Assembly (NCBI RefSeq): GCF_009914755.1
Contig: NC_060942.1
Reading direction: 5' to 3' (one strand)
Source of the DNA: the human T2T-CHM13v2.0 reference genome, Homo sapiens
Length of the DNA: 64,000 bases
Below the pieces are notes generated by a model. The model ran no database searches. It worked only from the letters and a program-made list of their open reading frames with translations, and was not told the origin of the DNA. This document shows positions 52,671-64,000 of this stretch, piece after piece. Position 1 is the first letter of the stretch; the number at the start of each line of letters is the position of its first letter. The position numbers and the translations under genes are program-made.

Positions 52671-53032
52671 TATGATCACATTGGTAATATTTATTAATGC
52701 AAATATAATTTTTAATAATGATAAAAAGATGCAGTGAAAGAAAAAATAGCTATTTTAGAAAAGTGTATTCCATATCCTCTTGTTTAGTTTTTCATAAAAA
52801 GATTGCTTTTTTTTATATACATTAAGTTCTGGGGTACATGTGCAGAACGTGCAGGTTTGTTACATAGGTATACACGTGCCATGGTGGTTTGCTGCACCCA
52901 ACAACTGGTCACCTACATTAGGTATTTCTCCTAATGCTCTCCCTCCCCTAGCCTTCCACCAGCCAACAGGCCCTGGTGTGTGTTGTTCCCCTCCCGGTGT
53001 CCATGTGTTCTCATTGTTCAACTCCCACTTAT
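52671..53032 (-). mobile_element. 5'-truncated L1PA7/8-like insertion with 3' transduction, inside a MIR
   Basis: L1 3' UTR at 52807-53032, extra 135 bp at 52672-52806, TSD aaaacctttgtttttt at 52655-52670 and 53033-53048. Confidence 0.85.
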
Positions 53033-53504
53033 AAAACCTTTGTTTTTTAAGACAATACTAAGGTTTGTAGAATTTATATGACCGGTCCTGTTTCATGAAT
53101 CCAGGCTCCAATCCAGGTTTTCTGACTGCCCCACCCAGTACTTCTCCCACTACAACATATTTTATAGGGGCAAAATTAGACTTGAATTTTGGAGTAATCA
53201 TTTCCAGAGAAATAGAATGTCTTTTATAAACAATTAAAAACATCTTTTCTTCCTTTGGAGTTTTCAGCAGTATGGAGAACGACTAGGATTTATGTTATGA
53301 ATCAAACATTCGGAGTGGCAATAGCTCTACGAAGCAAGCAAACAGGTAGGTTCTGTATCAGAACACAATGCTAAAAGTTGAAACCTGTAAATGGAATCTG
53401 ATTTCCTTACTAAATGATGTTAGAAATGGAGGCTGCAGTTCCATACTCAGGCACTCATCACTTTAGGGAAATTATTCCAATCATCATACTCCAAAGCTCC
53501 TCAA

Positions 53505-53840
53505 ATTATTTATTAGTGCATAATAAATTACCTCAAACTTAGTGGCATTTAAAAAAAACATTTTATCATATTCCTGGTTCTGTGGGTCAGGGTTTTGAGA
53601 AGGGTACAGCAGTGGTGGCTTGTCTCTGCTCCACAATGCCTGGAGCCTCAGCTGGGAAGGTTCACACATGGGGGTGACTCAAAGCTGGGGCTGGGATCGT
53701 CTAAAGGCAGGTGGAAGCTGGCTGTCATCTGGGATCTCAGCTGGGCTGTTGGCCAGAGAACCTGCACATGGCCTCTCCATATGGTCTCTGTGCTGTTTTA
53801 TGGCACAGTGATGGGGTTCCACGGACAAATGTTCCAAAAC
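53505..53840 (-). mobile_element. MaLR LTR (MLT1F/G-like), partial
   Basis: aaattacctcaaacttagtggc...ttctgtgggtcagg...cacatggcctctccat. Confidence 0.75.
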
Positions 53841-54004
53841 TTATCTTCCAGTAACAGTGATGTGAGGAGATTAGGAGAGTGCCCTCCACAGGAATAAATA
53901 TAAGACTGGACAACCATGTTTTTTTAAAAGATAATCAATTTCAGGTCACTGGAAAATGACTAAAAGTAGATAACATCTGGAGAAGTATTTACTCATGAAA
54001 ACTA

Positions 54005-54352
<348 letters not shown>

Positions 54353-54894
54353 TTAAGTGACTCTGTGGCTTTCTTTCCTGAGAGCATTCTAAGCTCAGGT
54401 GACAAAACCCTCAGCTCCACCTCCCAGAGGTATCTGGGCTCAGGATGGGAGACAGAGCGCTAAAACAAGGCAACACTGGAAGTGAGAGAACCTTAGAAGG
54501 GCGGGGGTAGTGAAAGCTCCACACATCTCTGGCTGACTGCTAATGGACACATGCCTGAGGGAAACCCCAAAATGCCCAGCAAACATTGCAAGCTCGGGAA
54601 ACACGTACATGGAGGTGAGTGGCAGCAGGGCCTTAGAGACAATGGGAGCATCCTTCACTAAAGGAACGAATGAATACATTGCGAAGGATATATATTCCGG
54701 AATACTATGCATCAGATGGAAGCTACCATCTGGATGTACATGAGACAAAATGGATACATCTTAAAAACATATTTGAGGGATAATAATTATGATAATGTCA
54801 ACCAATACTTATATAGAACTAATTAGAAACCCCCATGAGTCTGGGACTTTTCTAAAATATGTCCATATATTAACTCATGTAGTCATCAAAGTCA

Positions 54895-54950
54895 TTAGGT
54901 TGGTGCAAAAGTAGTTGCAGTTTTTGCCATTACTTTTAACGGCAATTAAA
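54895..54950. mobile_element. MADE1 (Hsmar1 MITE), right arm lost
   Basis: ttaggttggtgcaaaagtagttgcagtttttgccattacttttaacggcaa. Confidence 0.88.
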
Positions 54951-54956
54951 AGGCAA

Positions 54957-55412
54957 TGTGGTATAGTCAGGATTCAACCAGGTAAATATTACCAATAGGA
55001 TATGTATATATAAATATTCACATATGTATTTAATTACACAACTACATGAATACACTCCCATAAAAATGTTAAGCAATATAGAAATGTCTAAACTGTGAAC
55101 ACCCCTTTATATCCACCTCTTTATGCCATTCTTCTTGTCCTCCAAACATGCAGAACTTTATATATTATATATCTTAATATATACCTATAGATTATATATA
55201 TCTTATATACCTATATATTAAGAGATTTTTTACAAGAAATTGACTTACACAAATTTAGGATCTGATGTCCAAGACCAAAAACAGTGAGGAAGTGAAGATC
55301 GTGGGCACAGGACAAAGTTCTCACCAACTGGGAGGCAGGAAGGGAAGACGACAGGCAAGATGGAACTCCATGGGCATGGGCTGAAGCTGTCATCACAAGT
55401 GGAATTTCTTCT
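54957..55412 (-). mobile_element. MLT2-like ERVL LTR fragment with TA-rich tract
   Basis: tagtcaggattcaaccag...ccaataggatatgtatata...gagatttttt...aagaaattgacttacaca. Confidence 0.6.
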
Positions 55413-55923
55413 GTGCGAGTGTTGTAGGCAGAATTCTAAGAATGAACTCAACTGACTTGCAGCCTTGACACCTTCCTTTTGAGGGGTAGTGGAAATCTGT
55501 GAAAATGAGAAGCCATTATTCCCTTGATTATGTTACCTTATGCAGCAAAAGGGAGGTTATCAGGGTGGGTCTTATCTAATTACACGAGACCTTTAAAAGC
55601 AAAGGGTTTTCTCTGCCTGGTAGCGGAAGAGGAAGTAAGAGATTTGAAGTACAAGAGTGACTGCTGGCTTTGAATACAGAGGGGATCACATGCCAAGCCT
55701 CTTTAGGAGCTGAGGAAAGCTCTCAAGCAACAGCCAGAAAGAAAGTGAGGTCTTTGGTCCTACAGTCCTACAACCACAAGGATCTGAATTCACTCAACAA
55801 CCTGAATGCACTTGGAAGTAAATTCTTCCCCAGAACCTCTAGATGAGAACCTGGACAACACTGTGACTTCAGCCTTGTCAGGCCATGAACAGAGAATCCA
55901 GACAAGCCTGCCTGTACTTCTTA

Positions 55924-56106
<183 letters not shown>

Positions 56107-56162
56107 CTATGAGATAATAAATGACTGTATTGTAAGCTGCAAAGTTTTAATAATTTGTTAGG

Positions 56163-56934
<772 letters not shown>

Positions 56935-57049
56935 GCAATGGGAAACTAATATAGGAAGCTACTGTATTATCGTTATCCATGTGTTACAGTGAGGAAACTG
57001 AGTAAGATTCTATCACACTTCAACAAGAGCACCGTGACCACTCAGTAGA

Positions 57050-58628
57050 GGAAGGACAGTTGCTTCAACAAACGGTGTTCTTTTGCACTGCAACAGAATA
57101 AAGTTGAACCCTTATCTTGCACCTTGCAAAAAAATTCACTCAAAAATAATTAAATACTTAAATGTAATACTAAAACTGTAAAACTCCTATAAGAAAACAC
57201 AGGAGAAAAGCTTCCTGACATTGGACTTGGCAATGATTTCTTGGATATGACACCGAAAGTACAGGCAACGCAAGCAAAACTAGACAAATAGGACTGCATC
57301 CAACTTAAAAACTTCTGCGCATGAAGGAACAAAGGATACAGTCAACAGAGTGAAAAGACAGCCTATAGAATGGGAGAAAATATTTGCAAATCATATATCT
57401 GAGAAGGGGTTAATATCCAGGGTATATATAAAGAAATGCTGCAACTCAACAACAGCAAAAAAATTTTTAATTAAAAAATAGACAAGGCTGGGTGCAGTGG
57501 CTCACGCCTGTAATCCTAACACTTTGGGAGGCCAAGGCAGGTGGATCACCTGAGGTCAAGAGTTCGAGACCAGCCTGGCCAACATGGCAAAACCTCATCT
57601 CTACTAAAAGTACAAAAATTAGCCGGGCATGGTGCCAGGCACCTGTAATCCCAGCTACTCAGGAGGCTGAGGCAGGAGAATCGCTTGAACCCGGGAGACA
57701 GAGGTTGCGGTGAGCCAAGATCACGCCACTGCACTACAGCCTGGGTGACAAGAGTGAGATTCTGTCTCAAAAAAGAAAAAAATAGACAAAATGTTTGAAT
57801 GGATATTTTTCTAAAAATGATACACAAATGGCCAAAAATATATTTTAAAAAATCCTCAACAGCACTAATCATCAGAGAAATGCAAATCAAAACCAGAATA
57901 AGTTATTACCTAACACCCAATAGGATGAGTGCTATTAAAAAAAAAGAAAAGAACAATGGTTTGCAAGCATATGGAGAAATTGGAACCCTTTTGTGCTATC
58001 AGTGAGATTGTAAAATGACACAACTGCTGCTACAGAAAACAATATGGAAGTTCCTCAAAAAATTAAACATAGAACCACTATCTGATCCAGTAATTTCATG
58101 TCAGGGAATATAAGCAAAAGAATTGAAAGCCAGTCTCAAAAAGATATTTGTATGCCTGTGTTCATAGCAGCACTATTTATAATAGGCAAGAGATGGAAGC
58201 AACCCAAACGGCCACTGATGAATGACTAGGTAAATAAAATGTGGGATATACATACCATGGAATACTATCCAGTCTTAAAAAGGAAGAAAATCCTATCCCA
58301 CGATACAACATGAATGAACCTTGAGGACATTATGTTAAGTGAAATAAGCCAGTTATAAAAAGGATAAATACTGTATGATCCCACCTATTATATGAGGTAT
58401 CTAAAGTAGTTACATTCAAAGAAACAAAAAGTAGGATGTTGGTTACCAGGAACTAGGGAGAGAGAAGAAAGGGTAGTTATTCTTTAATGGGTGTAGAGTT
58501 GCAGAGTTGCAAGCCAAAGAATTCTGCAGATCTGTTTCACAATGATGTGAATTATGCTTAATACTACTGAACTGTACACTTAAAATGATGAAAATCGTAT
58601 GTGTTATGTGCTTTTTAACCACAATAAA
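57050..58628 (+). mobile_element. L1MA9/L1MB-type 3' portion
   Basis: taaaactcctataagaaaacacagg...catgaatgaaccttgaggacattatgttaagtgaaataagcc...accacaataaa. Confidence 0.9.
57486..57782 (+). mobile_element. AluS inside L1
   Basis: Full dimer; TSD aaaaaatagacaa. Confidence 0.95.
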
Positions 58629-58665
58629 GCATATTTGCCACAGAAATTTAGTTAATATCTTATAA

Positions 58666-59648
58666 CTAAACATGTATATATGTTGCTTATATAATCACTG
58701 TAAAAAATTATATTACAATATCATTTACGTAAATGTAAGGACCATTTCTACACATAAAGTATATATTTTACAGGAATACACGCATATTAGGAAGTGAATC
58801 AAAGATATAAAATGGGTGTCCAGGTGAGTGAAAGGAAAGGATATGAGGCAGGTTGAAGATAAGGAGATAGGTGTTGGGGGGTGGAGAAGAGACAGAAACA
58901 GATGGAGCAAAAGAAAGGCCTTGCATGTACAGAAGAGAACGATCACCATATCACCATTTTCTGTGCCTAAAGTACAAAGAAAACAAAACAGCCTGGGTAG
59001 CATGATACTACTTCTTCTCAATATGTTATGTATATTTGCAAAGAAGAATATCTGGAAGCATAAATATCAGAATATTAACTGGTTTTCCCTAATGCTTGGA
59101 AGTATGGATGATTCTTGTGTATATTTCCTAATTTAACTGTAGTAAAGGTGTATTGTTAAAAATAATCTTTAACATCCAATACATATAAATATATTATAGG
59201 CATGTTCATGTACAATATATATATTAGTGTCTATTATATATAATATTAATGTTATATGTATATTACGCATACAGTCATCCATCATTTAATGAGGGGAATA
59301 CATTCCAGGAAATGTGTTATAAGCCAATTTCATTATTGTGTAAACATCATAGAGTGTACTTATACAGACCTAGATGGTATACCCTACTACACAGCTAGGC
59401 TATCCCTTATCCCTGTCTCTGTCTCTTCTCCACCCCCCAACACCTATCTCCTTATCTTCAACCTGCCTCATATCCTTTCCTTTCACTCACCTGGACACCC
59501 ATTTTATATCTTTGACTCACTTCCTAATATGCATGTATTCCTGTAAAATATATACTTTATGTGTAGAAATGGTCCTTACATTTACATAAATGATATTGTA
59601 ATATAATTTTTTACAGTGATTATATAAGCAACATATATACATGTTTAG
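58666..59648. repeat. 236-bp inverted repeat: 58666-58901 and 59413-59648, 511-bp spacer
   Basis: Hand alignment gives 4 substitutions and no gaps; the same peptide appears in ORFs 58725..59021(-) and 59374..59589(+). Confidence 0.97.
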
Positions 59649-59835
59649 GAGCAATAGGCTGCAAACCTGTACAGCATTACTGTACTGAATACTGCAGGCA
59701 ATTGTAACAAAATAGTAAGTATTTATATATCTGAACATAGAAAAGGTATAGTAAAAATATGATATTATAGTTTTATGGGACCACCATCATATATGCGGTC
59801 TGTCATTGACGAGAACATTTTGTGGCACATGACTG
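59272..59835 (-). mobile_element. Tigger3a/MER7A, both termini present, interrupted at ~59403-59645
   Basis: ta|cagtcat...atgactg|ta termini; homologous to the other Tigger3 copies in the window. Confidence 0.9.
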
Positions 59836-59844
59836 TATATGTAT

Positions 59845-60130
59845 GTGTCTTAGTTATGTTGCTGTAACTGAATACTACAGACTGGGTAAATTGTAAGAAA
59901 TAGAGGTTTATTCAGCTCATGGTTGTGGAGGCCAGGAAGTCCAAGGTCAGTGGGCCAGCACCTGTGAGGGCCTTACTGCTGCACTATCTCATGGCAGAAA
60001 AGCAGAAGGACAAATGATGCATGCCCTCATGACTCAATTGCCTCCCAAGGGCCTCAGTTCTCAACACCACCACAATGACAACCCAGTTTCCAACATGTGA
60101 ACTCTTGGGGGACACATGCAAACCATAGCA
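59845..60130 (-). mobile_element. MST-type MaLR LTR, internally deleted
   Basis: tgtcttagtt...aggtttattcagctcatggtt...caaaccatagca. Confidence 0.8.
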
Positions 60131-61040
60131 GATTGAAGGACAATATGGTAAACCAATCACATATAACTATAATTATTTTTAACAGCTCTGAGGTATAATA
60201 TATATGCCATTAAACTCACACATTTGAAATATAAAATTCAATGGTTATTAGTATATTCACAGTGTCGTGTAACCATCACCACAATCTCAATATAGAAGAT
60301 TTTTATTACCCAAAAAGAAACTATGTATCTCTTAGTAGTCACTCTTCATTTCTCTCCAAACACCCACGCCTAGGCAACAACTAATCCATTTTTTCTCTAT
60401 AGATTTGTCTTTTCTGGACATCTAAAATAAATGGAATCCCACAATACTTGGTGTTTGGGGAATGGCTTCTTTCACTTAGCAAAATGTTTTCAAGATTCAT
60501 CCATATTGTAGCATGCATCAGTACTTCATTCCTTTTTATTGCTGAATAATATCCTATGGTATTATGCCACAATTTATTTGTATAGCTGAATAATATTCTA
60601 TTGTATTGAAATACTACATTTTGCTTATTCATTCATCACTTATAGACATTTGAGTTGTCTTCTCTTTTTGGCTATTGTGAATAATGCTGCTATGAATATT
60701 TAAGTACAAGATATTGTGTGAATGTGTGTTTTGTTTTTCATGGGAATATACCTAGGGGTGGAATTGCTGGGTTATGATAACTCCATGTTTAACATTTTCA
60801 GGAACTGCCAAAATATTTTCAAACTGCACCATTTTACATTACAACCAGAAGTGTATATGGGTTCCAATTTCTCCACATCCCCACCAATATTTGTTATTAT
60901 ATGTATTTTTATTATAATTATACTAGTGGCTATGAAGGAATATCTCATTGCAGTTTTGATTTGCATTTCCCTAATGGTTAATGATGATGGACATTTTTTC
61001 ATATGAAAATTGGTCATCTGTATATCTTCTTTGGAGAAAT

Positions 61041-61403
<363 letters not shown>

Positions 61404-62336
61404 TAATTCTTAAATTGTAAGACTATTTTATACCTTCTGGATACATGGCCCTTATAAGATATATGATTTTTAAATATTTTCTCTCATTCTGTAGTTTTCT
61501 TTTCACTCTATTGATGATGTCTTTTGAAATGCAAAAGATTTTTTATTATAATGAAATTCAATTTATCTAATTTTTTTTGGTCACTTGTGTTTTGGGTGTC
61601 ATGTCTAAGATGGCTTCACTTAATATGAGGTCACGATGATTTACTCCTATGTTTTCTTCCAATAATTTTATAGTTTAGCTTTTACATTTAGATTTTTGCT
61701 CCATTTAGGGTTAGTTTTTGTATACGGTGCAAGGAAACTATCTAAATTCATTATTTTGCGTTAAGTTCTCCTAGCATCATTTGTGGAAAAGATCATCCTT
61801 GGCAACTTTTTCAAAAATCAATTAACATTAAATGTGGTCATTTATTTTTGGATGCTCAGTTTTATTCTGCTGATCTATATGTTTTTCCTTATCACACTGT
61901 CTTGATTACTGTAGCATTGTAGTTAGTTTGGAAAACAGGAAGTGTGAGTCCTCCAACTTTGGTCTTCTTTTACAATATTGTTTTGGCAATTTCAGATCCC
62001 TTGAATTTCCATATAAATTTTAGGAATAGTTTGTCAATTTCTGCACAAAAAAAGGCAGCTGAGATTTTGACAAGGATTGTGTTGAATCTCTAGATGAATT
62101 TAGCAAGTATTGCCATTTAAACAATACTGTCTTCCAATACATGAACATAAGATGTCCTTCTACTTAGATCTTCTTTAATTTTTCAACAATGTTTTATAGA
62201 TTTAAAACACATATTTTTTACTTTTACATCTGCATATTTTATTCTTTTGTGGTATTGTAAATAAAATTGTTTTCTTAATTTCATTTTTGGATTGTTTAAT
62301 ACTAGTATATAGAAATACAATTTTTTATATTGATAT

Positions 62337-62395
62337 TATTCAGTTGGTGCAAACGTAATTGCAAAAACTCCAATTACGTTTGCACCAACCGAATA
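62337..62395. mobile_element. Shortened MADE1 palindrome
   Basis: ta ttcagttggtgcaaacgtaattg caaaaactc caattacgtttgcaccaaccgaa ta. Confidence 0.88.
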
Positions 62396-62886
62396 TATAC
62401 TAAAAGTTTGCTGAACTCATTTGTTAGTTCTAATTTTCTAGAGGATTCCTTAGGATTTTCTATATATGAGATTATGTCATTTGCAAGTAGAGATGGTTTT
62501 ACTTCTTCCTTTCCAATCTGGGTGATTTTGTTTATTTTTATTGTCTAGTTGCCCAGGCTAGAATCTCTCCACTACAACCTTTAATAGAACGGCAAGAGTG
62601 GACGTCCTTGTCTTTTTCCAGATCTTAGTGGGAAAGCATACAGTCTTTCACCGTTAAATATAATGTTACTTCTAAGCTTTTTATGAATATTCTTTATGAG
62701 ACTGAGGAAGTTCCCTTCCATTCCTAGTTTGTTTAGTATTTTTATCATGAAAGGGTTTTGGATTTTGTTCAATAACCTTCTGCATCAAACAAAGTGATAA
62801 TGTATTTTTGTCCTTTATCCTATTGATACGGTATAATACATTAACTGATTTTCAGTTGTTAAACAGACCTTCCTTTCGTAGGATAA

Positions 62887-63242
<356 letters not shown>

Positions 63243-64000
63243 TTGCTGAGGGTTTTTTGTGTCTATATTTAGTAAAAATACCAGTTTGAGGTTTTTTTCT
63301 GTGTGATGTCTTTGTCTGGTTTTTGGTATCAGGGTAATATTGGCCTCATAGAATGAGTTGGGAAGATTTCCCTCCTCTATTTTTTGAAAAAGTTTGTAAA
63401 GAATTGGTATTAATTCTTCTCTAAATGTTTAACAGAATTCACTAGTAAAGCCATCTGGTCCTGGGCTTTTCTTTGTGGGAATATTTTCAATTACTTGTTT
63501 AGCCTCATTACCTGTTATAGTTTGATATTATCAGATTGTCTATTTTTTCTTAAGTTATTTTTGGTAGTTTGTATCATTCTAAGAATATGTACATTTCATC
63601 TAAGTTATCTAATTTGTTAACATACAATTGGTTGTAGTATTCCCTTATAATCCATTTTATTTCTTTAAGGTTGGTAGTGATATTTCCTATTTCTTTTCTG
63701 ATTTAGTAATTTGAGTCTTCTGTTTTTCTTGCTCAGTCTAGATAGAGCTTTGTTAATTTTGTTGACAATTTCAAGGAACCCAATTTTTTGTTTCATTGCT
63801 TCTCTCACTGATTTTTCAATTATTTATTTATCTCTGCTCTACGTCTTTATTTTCCATCTTTCTGCTAGCTTTGGATTTGGTCTGCTCTTCTTTTTCTACT
63901 TCCTTAAGATAAAAAGTTACATTACTGATTTGAGATCTTTCTTTTTTTGTAATATGGGTATTTAAAGTTATAAATTTTCCTCTAAGCACTGCTTCAGCTT

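Noticed and set aside
58725-59589. Two ORFs encoding nearly the same peptide on opposite strands
   Set aside because: A by-product of the DNA inverted duplication, not a gene pair.

Overview
This is primate genomic DNA (AluY and L1PA elements point to human or another catarrhine). It is AT-rich, CpG-depleted and dominated by transposable elements: about 20 Alu copies or fragments, a near full-length decayed L1MA with matching target-site duplications (38.7-45.9 kb), further L1, L2 and MIR pieces, MaLR/ERVL solo LTRs and DNA-transposon fossils (Tigger3, MER44, MER2, MER5A, MER58, MADE1). I can support no protein-coding exon, RNA gene or CpG island; the listed ORFs are Alu read-throughs, L1 ORF2 remnants or chance. 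The window looks intronic or intergenic and I see no new gene system. The best observations are mutational footprints: (1) a 236-bp, about 98%-identical inverted copy of nearby DNA inserted at the internal hairpin of a Tigger3a, with the hairpin loop also flipped; (2) an L1PA 3' transduction with its own polyA signal and 16-bp TSD; (3) a tiny twin-primed L1 inside an Alu; (4) an older ~95-bp local duplication; plus a candidate CTCF site and repeat-poor blocks. Repeat names come from recalled consensus sequences, so subfamilies and most boundaries are approximate unless a TSD or terminus is quoted.
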